Assembly (NCBI GenBank): GCA_013265495.1
Contig: MU058337.1
Coordinates: 5,002,716 to 5,066,715 of the forward strand
Direction: 5' to 3'
DNA: 64,000 bases
Source of the DNA: Vicugna vicugna
Taxonomy: Eukaryota
Positions 1 to 11,945 of this stretch are shown in pieces (positions within the stretch are counted from its first letter, which is position 1; each line of letters opens with the position of its first letter). The notes beneath the pieces were generated by a model. It was not told the DNA's origin. It worked only from the letters and a program-made list of their open reading frames with translations, and made no database searches. The translations under genes and the position numbers were made by a program.

Positions 1-46
1 GCACTTCAGGTGACATTTATACACACTAGAGTTTGATAACCATTGG
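1..46. mobile_element. Terminal fragment of MER5-like hAT-Charlie element
   Basis: caggtgacattt...agtttgataaccattg resembles the MER5A terminus (ggtgattct...agtttgagaaccactg). Confidence 0.5.
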
Positions 47-49
47 TTT

Positions 50-1140
50 TACGATGTGACATTTACTTCCAAGAAACTTGAGCTCTATTCTTAGACGATT
101 CTGTCCTTGGCTTCCACGACTTGTGTATTAGGTGTAAATATTTACGGCACTGTTTTTTTCTTATTTAACCGCCATCCGTGTTTATTTGCCTTGTGTAGGC
201 TCAGGCATAGAGTGGGCATTCTTCTTTCCGCTGACTCTCCATTGGGATTGAGGTGGTACGCCAGAGCAGAAGAGATGTGTAGTTTTGCATATGCTGCTAA
301 ATAGCTCGGTGGCGTTTAATCAGTTTCTGAGGTGTAGGGGGTAAACTTCTTCAACTCTGTCTCCGAATGTCTCAGTTAAAGTGTGACAGTTACTATCTGT
401 CGAGCCTCTGGTAGGTTTCTCAACTGAGCTTTCTTCTTATGTGAAATGGTCGTTTTTAATGCCCCTCTCTTAGGGCGGTGATTTGGATAAGGATAATACA
501 CGCTAGTCCTGTGTAATTTGTGCTACGCGAAATTTGCTTTTTGTTTGTTTGCTTTGGTGAGGGTAGTGAGGACAATTTTTTTTAATCTTCGTTCATCCAC
601 TTTTCTGCAAATTCAGTCATCTGAGTATTACAGTTGGGAAAATATTAGAAGCACCCAGTGCTTTAAAACAATAGCTATTAAAGTACATATTACTGGAAAA
701 AAATGAATGGTTGACTTAATGGGGTAGTTGGGATTGTGTATTTCATATAGTATTGCTGTTGGCACTTTTGTTTTGGAGCATGTAAGGACGGCATATTCTG
801 GTTGTTAATATACAATAAAGAGCAATACTGCTGATTTTCACCAAGAACACTGGCAGGCTATACCTGAACATTTCGCTACAAACTTTTCTGAAATGTGAAG
901 TGGATCCCGGCATGAAACCTTAAAGATTTTATTGGTCCCACTGGCAGTAACTGAAAGCTATTCCTTAGATCTCGAATTACTTTGGTGGTTTGTAGTGTAC
1001 TCGTAGAGGCCGGCGTTGACTTTCACTGCATGGTTTTAATATGCAGTGTAATTTTTTATTGATAAAGAGTGTGAGCTCAGATGTTTTAACTTAGCTTAAA
1101 GTAACTGATGAACCAACAGTGTAAGATTTGTTGGCGTTTT
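50..1140. promoter_or_regulatory. CpG-retaining region, probable CpG-island shore
   Basis: About 25 CpGs by manual count in ~1.1 kb of AT-rich sequence, versus sparse CpG in the following kilobases. Confidence 0.45.
405..505 (+). mobile_element. Degenerate MIR SINE fragment
   Basis: ctgagctttcttcttatgtgaaatgg...tagggcggtgatttggataaggataata resembles the MIR core. Confidence 0.45.
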
Positions 1141-1271
1141 ATGGGTTCTTCTTGTGTAAATTTATGATTCCTTTGTTATAAAATGTATGAAAGTTCATAC
1201 AGTTTCCATAAATGCAACCCTGTCAGTATTTTATATAAGAGCTATTTGATATGTCTGATTTATTCAGTCAG

Positions 1272-1303
<32 letters not shown>
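1272..1303 (+). repeat. (GATA)8 microsatellite
   Basis: Perfect tandem GATA x8. Confidence 0.95.
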
Positions 1304-1304
<1 letters not shown>

Positions 1305-1924
1305 AGATGGAATAAACAGAGAGGGAACCTGGTTAACTGGTATAGAAATATTAACTTAGTTGATAATTAAAACTGAGATAAGATTATGAATGACCTGTAC
1401 TTGGGCAACCATAAGTATTCACAGGTTTTCCAGAATTGTTTTATTTTTGCAATGTGTGTACTTAGAATACAATAGCATGGTCCTGGCTTTAACAAATGAG
1501 AATGTAAAATAGGAGGTTGGTCGGACTGGGTGAGTATTTTGAGAATCACCTGTATTAAGATGAGAAGGAGAGAGACAGAGACAGTGACAGAGAGATGGAG
1601 AGAAGGAAAGAGGTTTTAAAATTTTCGATCAGTGGCAGCATGATTAGACTCAGTCCATTGTCTCCCTAAATGACTGCTTAGACATGCAACATTCATTTGA
1701 ACATAGTTTTAAAAAACAGTTTCATTAACTCAATACCAAAAAGAAAAAGGAAGAAAAAAATACAAAACCTTTCAGATATCTTCTATTTTATGGGAAGTTA
1801 AGCAAGTGAAAAGAAGTTCTGGCCTTTTTTGTGGAGTCAACATCAATGAAACATGTATTTCTGAAGATCAACACGTGCAATTTGCATTTTTAAATTCATG
1901 ACTTTATACAGAGAAATGTGCTCC

Positions 1925-2140
1925 CTCATTCATTCACCAAATATTTATTTATATTTTATGTATTTATGTTATTGCCATGTGTCAGGTACTATTCATGGCA
2001 TTGAGGATACAATAGTGACCAAAATAGGCATCTGTCGTTGTCCCTGTGAACTTCAGGAACTAGTGTGAAGTTGTATCTGTGCATGGGGGAGGGGGGTAGG
2101 TACCAACCCAAAGGCAAGATGTGAATTGAAATTGTAAGTT
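1925..2140 (-). mobile_element. L2 LINE 3' end
   Basis: cattcattcaccaaatatttatt...gtcaggtact...gaggatacaatagtgacc is the reverse complement of an L2 3' tail. Confidence 0.7.
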
Positions 2141-3911
2141 TTCTTACCAATGAAGCTGATTTCTGACATGCTGGAAGAATGGTGTGCATTTCTTCTACAA
2201 TTTTCATGGTCTTTGTCTAGTTCTAGTCTTTTTTTATAAGCTTAGGGAACTTTAATATGTCTCTATGTAGTCATATTTGGTTTCGCAATGCTTTATGATT
2301 CTCTTGGAGTCAAAAGTTTATTATCTAAATTGATCTTGGCTGGGTTAATTTAGAAGTAGTTTGTTTAAATATCAAGGATATTGAAAAAGAAAAAAATGAA
2401 TCACACAAACACACATCCAGGAAGACTGAGTGGAAACCACACTTTATCTTCAGAAAAGCTTATTGCCAATCTAAGAGCAAATTTGAAGCTTTATTTTGAG
2501 ACAATAAGAGGAGCTGAATATAGATTCATCTTAAGGGATTTAAAGTGCAATTCCTTGTCACAATTAACGTAACTCTTTCTCTTGCTTCCACATGTCTATA
2601 TGCCATTATAGTTAAACTTTGGTTCTCCCTGTGGAACCAGGAACAAACATTTTCTTCGTAGACCATGTATGGCTTGTGCATATGAGTACTACTTATAGGA
2701 ATGTTATATATTTACTTTGTCTTGATCAAAATTAGCAAGAAAGCAGTGGTTCCAGGATATATTAACCAGTATATTTAGGTCCCTAACTCATTTCTCATAT
2801 ATGACTCTCCTGCTGGTAGAATTATGGACTCTGATTCTTATACATTTATTTGTACCCTATCACCTTGATGTCTAGGAGGTTTTGAGTGACTAACTGCCTT
2901 CTATAGTACATTTTCAGTCCTGTTTTGTCTTGAATTGTCCAAAATGGAAAGGAAGAATTACATCCCATGTGGTTGTTCTATTGAGAATAGAGATTTAAAA
3001 GTACTTAGTTCTTTGAACAGATTTTTCTTTGAAGTCCTATTTTATGATGAATGGTACTCAGTCTTATTTTAGCATTGAAAATAATAATATATACTACTTA
3101 CCACTTAGTACATATAAGTGGGTCTTTGGGAAAACCTTTTGACCTCATTTAAGGAATCAACACTGAGTTAGTGAAAAGTCTGTGTCTATGGTAGTTCCTA
3201 TCTAGAGACGTGGAACACCACGGATTTGCAGATTTGCCATCTTTCTGCTTGCCGTTGATTTGGAATGTCTCATTTTGTTTGTGGCAGGAGACTGCAGTCC
3301 CAAATGTTTAGATTAGAACAATGCTCTGATACAAATGTGGAAAGTCGCTAGAGAGCCAACACTGTGATGTGATAACAGGTTATTGCAAAAGAGAATGAAT
3401 GAATTTTGCAAAATAAGCAAGATTGTATCCTAAATAAAGATGTACTACCTACGGGCCAAAACTTACTAGGAACACTTTCCCATTTACACCTTTCCACCTG
3501 TGTCATACTCTCACTGGGAGGCAGTTGTTTGGTCACTAGAGACATTTGTTGTTGTTGTGAGAGAGAAAGTAGCTATGGTGTTCACTTTTGAATAGCACTG
3601 TGTATGAATTAGGACTATGATCTTGTTTGGGTAGAACATTGCATTAAATTTCTTGGATTTGTATCAGGATATAACAAAGTGCATTCATCAGCTTAGGAGG
3701 TTTGCTCACTTCTGCATTCAGCGTAAGTTTGGTTTCCCCAAGTCTACAATTAAGCAACAAGACACAATAACAGCCTTTGAATTTTTATGGCAATTGGCTG
3801 GATGCTGAATTGTAATTAAACCAGTGGAGATGATGAATTACTTACAGAATTAAACTGTGCAGACTAGCCAACATAAAGCAAACACTCTATGGTTTCCTCT
3901 ATTGATGTGTG

Positions 3912-3954
3912 TATATATATAGATAGATAGATATATCTATATCTATCTATATAT
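3912..3954. repeat. Compound TA/GATA/TATC near-palindromic microsatellite
   Basis: ATATATAGATAGATA (3915-3929) and TATCTATCTATATAT (3940-3954) are perfect inverted arms. Confidence 0.85.
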
Positions 3955-5143
3955 GCTATATACCATATGTGCTACATAGTCCTTTGAAAATACACAAGTA
4001 TCTCAGATAATTGAACAACTTCCAGGAGACTGCCTTCCCGTCTTCCAGTTATAAATTAACTAAACTTATATACCATATTTTTTTTCTGGAGAACAAGAAC
4101 CCTACTTCCTCACTCTGTATCCTCAAGCGCTGAGTGGTCATTGCTGGTAGTAACTATTCAGTCAATGCAGTTGAAAATGTTCCTTAAATGGGAATTCTGC
4201 TTCTTTCACTCACAAGTTAAAAAGAAAAGTATACATAAAAGAGCAATGGACTTGCTAAATATCTGTCTTTGTGGGCACTTATCGCACAAAAGCTTCCCAT
4301 TCTGAAAAGTATTTTTGTCTAAAAATACTTTAGAAGCAAGGCTGTATTTATATTTTAAAAACAAATAAGCTTTTAAAGCCATGCCCATTTGGAAAAGAGT
4401 GAGAAAAGGGTCTGTATCCTGGGTGAAAGGGTTCTGCCTCTTCCCCACGCTGGCCTGACGCAGCATCCTGAGTGAGAGCGAGGACCGGAAACAATCTCTG
4501 CTGCCAGCTACCAGGCTAGACCCCTGCTTCTGGGACAGTGAACCACGGCTTTCTGGCAGTGGTGCCTATGAGACTGGGCAGAGAAATTTTTCATTTACTT
4601 ACACGGAATTGACCAGAATGGGTGAGAAAAAGCACAGGAGAACAGCAATACTGAGAAATTCTTTGTAAGACTCCAAACCATTTTATGAACAACTCCAATC
4701 TTCTTTATCTAAACTTTTGTGATCAAACTCATCTCACATGACTTCAACAACCTTCCCTCAGGAACTCTAGTGGCTCCTTGTACTCTTTATTTAGAAGGGC
4801 GTGCACTTTTCCTCTTTATAACGTCAGTATCATGGGACAGCGGTCTCATTTCTAGGGTGCACAATAGTCAGGGAGGGTAGACTAATTTCAGTCTCAGCTG
4901 CTACCTTGAGTCTACATGTTTTACTTCCACTCTGTTCCTCAGTTCTATTAATTTTTGTGGTTAAGAATTGCCAACCACCCTGGAGCTCATCCTGCTTTCT
5001 CTTCTTGTTTTGTTTCTTCTTCTACAAAGACTAGCTCATCTCTAAAATTTCTTCAGAAATGACCAACTCAACTCTCTTATGCTGAGATGGAATGACTTCC
5101 CTTCTCTGTAAACATCTAAATCCCACATGTGATCAGTACCACC

Positions 5144-5235
5144 TGTATTAGTTTTGTGCGGCTACTGTAACAAAGTATCAAAAATTTGTGGCAACAGACA
5201 TTTATTCCCTCACAGTTCTGGAGGCCGGAGTCTGA
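5144..5235 (-). mobile_element. MaLR MLT1 LTR fragment
   Basis: tgtattagttt...ctgtaacaaagta...catttattccctcacagttctggaggccggagtctga, typical MLT1 end. Confidence 0.8.
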
Positions 5236-5399
5236 CAGTAGTTTCTACCGTGGCCATTGTTTTATTTCAGGAACCACAACTCTATGCCGTAGGCAGGCAT
5301 ATAAACTGTACATGGAAGAGAACTTTGGCTCAAGGAGATTCGGTAGCTTGCCCCGGGGAGTAGGAGGTGGCAGTAAGGACCACCTGTTCTTATCCAGTG

Positions 5400-5615
5400 C
5401 CTTGTGCTACAGTGAAAAAGGCAAAGGTTTTGAAGTCTGTAAACCTGGTTTGATTCTAAGTCAATTCTTAAGGCTCATGGAAACATCACTTAACTATGTT
5501 GACGCTCATTTAACAAAATGAGGTAACTAACCCACCTCAAATATTTGTTATGAGCATTAAACAGGATCATGTGCTAAAAAGTTTGTCTCTTAGTAGGAGT
5601 TAATTGAACGTGAGT
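5400..5615 (+). mobile_element. MIR SINE
   Basis: aaacctggtttgattct...cacttaact...aaaatgaggtaactaacccacctca...gttatgagcattaaac. Confidence 0.6.
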
Positions 5616-5818
5616 AGTTTTTGAACTCTTACCCTCTAGAGGATCTAGGGTCTACTCTGGGTTAGTGATAGGGCCGTTCAGCCAAGTCAGTTATTTCTGG
5701 AATTCGCCCAAGCTCAAAAGATGCAGGTGTTTACTTTAGCTCTGGGTCATCAGTTTCCCCAACAAACATGGGTTTTTTTTCACGATGCAGGATTGGGATT
5801 TAGTTACGGTAGACTCTT

Positions 5819-5946
5819 TTTTTGAGGGGGAGGGGGCAGTAAACTAGGTTTATTATTACTATTTTTTTAATGGAGGGACTGGAGATTGAACCCAGGACCT
5901 TGTGCGTGCTAAGTATGCGCTCTTCTGCTGAGCTCTGCCCTCCCCC
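5819..5946 (-). mobile_element. Vic-1-type camelid SINE derived from tRNA-Ala(AGC)
   Basis: Minus strand reads GGGGGAGGGCAGAGCTCAGCAGAAGAGCGCATACTTAGCACGCACAAGGTCCTGGGTTCAATCTCCAGTCCCTCCA then an A-rich tail; B box GGTTCAATC; 13-bp TSD a[c/g]ggtagactctt at 5806-5818 and 5947-5959. Confidence 0.9.
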
Positions 5947-8254
5947 AGGGTAGACTCTTATTTGTTCCCCATACCTCCAGAACAGTTGAATCATAAACAC
6001 TTTGAAGAGTGTTTGACAATATTGACTGGTTAATGTATTCTTAATTGGTGTAAGAAAAGTAATTTGCTACTTTTTAAACCACTATTAAAACACTTGTTTT
6101 CAGGCTTTCATTGGTTTTAATTATATCATTTCTATTCTCTTATTGTGGTTGGCGTTTCTTTATCATTTAAACACAGGAGAACCCTATGAAGGCATCTTGT
6201 GATATTACATAGAACTGATTTCACACAGAGTCAGTCAAAGTTGATCTCTCCCTGCTCTTTGACATCTGTATTTTGAAGGTGCTTCCCTCACGAGGATGTG
6301 TAATAACCAGGCTGGCTGTGAGTAGTTGGTTCTTAACTTCATTCATCTGTGCTTTCTATAAAGAGTTTTGAGTGGAAATAATATTATTTCTTAATTCTGC
6401 TTTTACTTTTTGTGATGTTGGTGCCCATTTGCAGTTAGATCCAGGCCTCAGCTCAGTGATAAATTGCAAAAGTTTGAATTTGGAAGCATCAGGAACACAG
6501 AAGTACAGACCCTGAAAGGTGGAGACCACAAATGAGTTTTCTTGACCTTGACTTAGCGGCCATCAGGAATTTCTGTTGCCCAGCGTGACTCTGGTAATGC
6601 GTTTCTAATGAGAAGAGAAGAAAGGGATGAGAGAACCTGGGCGGGGCTCCACTCCTTGATTTCCCCTTAGCGTGTGAAGAAAAATGAAAGCAACAAGAGC
6701 AAATCGGTAGAGATTTCTTTAAAATGTGTTTCTTCATTTTTTTTTTAAGCCAGAGATATTTTTATCTCAACCCAGCAAGCATAATTGGAAGAAAATTAGA
6801 GCATGTAAGGAATTGAATTAATCCATGGATTAAACCCATCCATTTGGGATAGCATGGTTATTATGGATCTAATCCGAAAATCAGTGTTGGCCGTGCGGCT
6901 GTGTAAGCTCAGTGCGCTGTGCTGAATACTGAGGATGCCGGCGCTCCTTTCTGTCCTCAACTTGGAAACTTCTTGGTGACATTGATCACCCAGTAAACTC
7001 AGAGACAGTTGTTACGAGGCATGCTTTCTCTCATCTCCTTGCCAAAAAAAAAAGTCTGTTTTATTTTTAGGCTTTGAAGTAGCTCTAGGAGTTGTTCAAC
7101 AGTTAATGAGTGTCATACGGTGACAACAACAGTTACCAAGGATGAGTCTGTTCATTTTAAATGGCTTGGAGGATCTTTCAGGGATATTCAGTTCTCAGTA
7201 TGCGGCTTCCATTTCAGACTTACGGACATGATGTACAGTACTGTGTTTGAATCAGCCACAGAGAAGCAAAATTCCTGGCATTTTGGACACACTGAGATTT
7301 GTAAATTTGACGTGAGTAGGTGGTGCAACTATGGCTTTAAAACAGTTGCAAATCATCTCATCATGGCTTTTATCTTTTAAAAAGTATTCATAATAATATA
7401 CATATATGGGAAATATATGTGTGTATATACATAATGTGTTTCATTTGTAATAAACAAATGGTTTTTTTAAATGAGTAATACTTGGGATAGGAGAATAAAG
7501 GAGTAGATTTCACAGTAATTCAGACATGACATTGAAATCCATATTTTGACATTCCCAGAGTGCCACGTTTATTTTAGTAAAGAGTCAAATTTGCAGATCA
7601 CTTGCTTAAATTCAACTATAATGACTCAGGTTAATGTCTGTAAGCACTGGAGGGTGACTTATAGTAGTAAAGAGCTATATTGGCTTCATTTAACTAATGA
7701 ACCTAAAGTGAAATGTACCTTGGTTTTACTACAACTGAGTGCTCAGTAATTATTATCACATTCCATAATTGAGGTTACCATGAATGGTCTTAAGATCAGA
7801 GACAATCTGTGTTGTAAAAAAGTCTAAGTTAAAGCTACTGTTTTTATTGTTCAACTTTCTTTATAAATAAGCTACACAGAAATAATTGGACTGAATGTAA
7901 GTTCATACTTTCACAGATATTTTCATATATATCTTATGAAGAGATCTACTTTCTGGAGATTAAAAGAAGTATAGAAACACCTATAAGAGAGTTTATAGAA
8001 AACGAGTGTTAGCTGGCAAATTACACAGTGTAGTTTTACATAGAAATATGAAGACACATTTAATTTGAAATACCAAATTACTGAAATAGTGGAAGGTTGA
8101 TATAACATTTTATTCTCCTTAATTAATTAAGAGTTCATACTTATTAATGTTTTTTTATTACCTCTGGTAACTGTTTTGTCATCGGTACCAAGTCATCTGT
8201 ATTTTAAATGTAAAGAAGGGCATTTTCTAGTGCTATTTTTTAAAGATGGCATCT

Positions 8255-9270
8255 TTCACTTAAAAATTGGTAAATGAAGTGAATAGCATTTCACAAAAGA
8301 GAGTATCCAAATAGCCAATAAGCTTATGAACAGACTCTCAGAATCATTACTTATTGGGACAATGTGAGTTAAAACGATAAGGTGATGCCCCTCTGCTGTG
8401 ACTTGAATGGCTAACATTAATAACTTGAGAACCCCAAGTGTTGGCAATGCTGTAGAACAAAAACAACAAAAACCCACTTTCATATGTTGCTACTGGGATG
8501 CCAGTTGGTACAACTCTTTAGGAAAACTTTTTGAGAAGGTCTACTCATGTTAAACATGCGTATATCTTAGAGAATAGCAGTTCCATTCTTGAGTACACAG
8601 CCAAGAGAAATGAGTGTTTATTTCTATTAAACAGACAGGTATGAAAATGTTAATAGCAATATTATTAATAATAGCCCCAAACTGTAACACCCTAAATGTT
8701 ATAATTATAATATAATTAATAATTACATTAATTATAAATTATATTATATAAATTATAATATAATTATATATAATCAGATCATTAAATACCACACAACAGT
8801 GAGACTAAACACAATAGAATACGGCTAGATCTCACAGACATAATAAGAAGCAAAAGAAGCCAGGCACTAAAGGGTACATTCTGAGTGATTCAATATATAT
8901 GAAACTGAAAATCAGGCAAATCTGGTTTTTGATGACAGAGGTCAGAATGGTAGCCACCATTGAGGAGAGATTATTGATTAGAAGGGATACCAGTGAGTCT
9001 ACTGCGGTGAAAAAAAATGCCTTATATCTTGAGCTGGTATCCGTGTGTGTGTATGTTTTTGTGTCTGGATGCAGTGTTTGTGTGTGTGTGTGTTGTGTCT
9101 ATGTGTGTATGTGTATGTGTGTGTGTATGTCTGTGTGTAGGTGCATGTGTCTACGTGTCTATCTGTGTATAAGTGTTGTATGGCTGTGTATATGTGTGTG
9201 TATAATGAAGCTGTAGGAGAAACCTTAATATTTGGATGCTTTAATAAAGTGTAAGTTCTATTTCAATAGA
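8255..9270 (+). mobile_element. Old L1 (L1M-class) 3' portion, interrupted by AT-rich and TG simple repeats
   Basis: atccaaatagccaataagcttatgaa...caagtgttggcaatgctgtag...gttccattcttgag...aatagccccaaactg...aaagaagccaggcac...gtcagaatggtag; ORF2-end and 3'UTR hallmarks. Confidence 0.85.
9043..9201 (+). repeat. Degenerate (TG)n repeat
   Basis: ~160 bp imperfect TG/TA dinucleotide tract. Confidence 0.9.
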
Positions 9271-11859
9271 ACAGAAAAAATGGGGTATAAACATGTTCCT
9301 TTTCACTACATTTTGATAAGTTTTGGTATGAGAAATAGTTTTTTTTTTCCAAAATTCAAGTTTAACTTCTCTTCTAAAATGTTAAAATGTTTTGACTTTG
9401 CTGTAATAGTTCAACTCAGAACCAAAAACTAAACATGAAGTCTTCACTTTCCCATTGGATGTATTAATTTTGGTCCTACTTCATGATTTTAACTTTCTTA
9501 TTAGTCAATGCTTACTGTATTTTAATCTATTCTCCCTCATCTTTAATAGCAAAAAATTAAAACTTCATAGGTCTTATCTATTCACTATCAGAGCTCTGTA
9601 TAAAGAAACCATCTTATTTCAAATAGCCTGTGTGCTGAAAGATGGTGCGGTTTTTTTCTCTCTTCGTGAACGATTTCATTACAGGACATAGGTCTTTTAT
9701 TGACATAATGTGTTTTGTCAAGCATCAGAAACATCCATCCATTGGCATACTGCAGCTGCTGTTTCTCTGACATTTTATGTCCTTTGGGACCAATGAGCAG
9801 CTCTCATTGGTGTGTCCCTTGGTAGCTTTATATCGGTGTAATTAATTCTCATCTTAAATCTTTTCACCTGCTGTCAGCCAAGAACTAGCTATGAAAAGCT
9901 GATTTGCCGAAGTTGGTAGATCTATGATGACAGAAGTGATGTAGCTGAGTCTCAAGCGCTCCCTTTTTTTTTCTGATTATCCAGCCTGTGCCCGGGCGCA
10001 GAAGCCAGTCACATACATCAAGGGGCACCCTCCACATTAGAGGGAGGGATGAATGTCTACAAAAGTGAGGATCTCAAGTCCCCAGATGGAAGATGTAAAG
10101 GCATCTTTTCTCTCTTACTGTAGTTGATCTGTCATGTATCTTCATGAAAATCCTAAAGATCCATTATTATGCTAGTTTGTGGAGTGAATAGGGGACAGTA
10201 CCAGAAAAGATGCAGATACCTGCATCACTTGTAATGCCTGGTTTAAAATTAAGCAGATCATTGGGTTTGCAGTTTGCTTGAAAGATTCAATTTCACATTC
10301 TTAAATACCAGAATTATATACCATATTATTCCTTTCCTATTTGTCTGCCATATAGGTTAACTTTTAAGTTATTGATAGCTAAATATAATGATAGGAAGAT
10401 AGTTATTTTTTTTGTTAGAACACAAATTTCTCTCCTCTTTGCCCCAAGTCCTTGGACCCAATTTTGATGGCAGCCTTCCCACTGCTACCCAAGGCTTTCA
10501 CAAGGGACCTCTGGGCTAATTTGTGCCACCTTCTCAGTTCATCAGTTGAGTCTATTTAGTTTTTCTTAAGAAAGATAACTGCCTGTAAAGGAGGGATCTT
10601 GGCTGTTTTTCTGTCATCTGCCACACTCCCCCACCCCATGTCTTGTTGCCTTTCTCTGAACAATTTAATTTGTCACCAGTTAATTTAATACCTCAGTTAA
10701 TGTAAGAACTCAGGGGTAGTAGATGAGTTTCTTAAACTCTGAGCTTTGCTTTCCTTTCCTCTCAATTCTGGATATGTCTCCCTACCCTAAGGCTTATTAT
10801 GAGGAATAAATGGGTACAAAGCATTTGGCATAGGCAAGGGCACAGTGGCTGCTATGATGTCTTTGTTCTATTTTTAATTGATAACTACTCAAGATGCCCT
10901 GGGGAGTAAGCCTCACAGGAAGGGAGCTAAAGAAAGGATAAAGAGGTTATCCATTCTTTGGATGTGGAGCAACAGGTGCACGATGCCTAGACAAGCAGAG
11001 GTTGGGAAAAATAGGTAGAGTGGAAATCCTATTAGTAAAAACAAATCAGGTAGACTTAGCTCTGCACAGGGGTAATTATATTTTAAACGTTCATGTTGCA
11101 CTTCCTTTGGTAAAATAGACCTTTGTTCATCTTAAATCGATTTAGTTGTGTTACTCTCTGAAAGCTTATAAACTGTTCTCGAATGGTTAGAAGTATAATT
11201 TAATGGAAATATTACTGGTAGAATGCAATTCTGCCTAAGATACCTCTTAATAAGTATTGATAAAACTCTCCAAACACATAACAGTATGGTTGTGATACTT
11301 AAGAGAAGTTAAGAGGATTTCACATTAGTGTTATGGTTGGAACAGGGATTCCCCCGTTGTGACAGTCTTTCTTGAGTTGATCACAGCACGTATATATATA
11401 TATATATTTTTTTTTTCTCCCAATGGCCTTTCACCATTATAAGAAAGCTAGAGGATTAACAGAAACTAGGTTGGAGTACATTATCCAAAAAGCCCTACAT
11501 AGCACAGGGAGGACCTGCTTTGGCAGACGTCCAACCTCAAGTCCTTTGGAAGAGCCAAAGCTGACAGAGAAATGAATAGTTTGGTTGGACATGATTTCTT
11601 TATCACAATTGCTTAGTTTGGGTTTGGTCCAAGAATATTTCCAACTAAAGAAGTTTTAAGAAAATGACAAAAGAAGTGAAACCTCATCTTTCACTCCTGA
11701 CAGTCTGACACACAGTATTCTTAGTGGATTCAGGCTTCATTGAACTTTTGAAGGTTTCATGTGTCAGCAGATATTTTTCCCAAGACAAAGGCTTTGGTTA
11801 GACGCTGAAAACAAGAGCATCTTCAAGTCATGGTTCATCTCTTCATCACTTTGACTTTG

Positions 11860-11945
11860 CAAGAGCCTTGCCTACAGTTCCTGGTGTATAGTAAGCACTT
11901 AATCAGAGCGTCTTGACTGAGTGATTGAATGCGTAACGGAATGAA
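11860..11945 (+). mobile_element. L2 3' end fragment
   Basis: gcctacagttcctggtgtatagtaagcacttaat...tgactgagtgattgaatg. Confidence 0.55.

Noticed and set aside
5870..5946. tRNA-Ala gene
   Set aside because: Degenerate stems, A-rich tail and TSD identify it as a SINE
8698..8775. AT-only quasi-palindromic tract
   Set aside because: Low-complexity expansion inside an L1
8899..9216. 105-aa Cys/Val-rich ORF
   Set aside because: Translation of L1 3'UTR plus a TG repeat
9918..9980. C/D box snoRNA (ATGATGA...CTGA)
   Set aside because: Boxes too close together, no terminal stem, no recognisable guide
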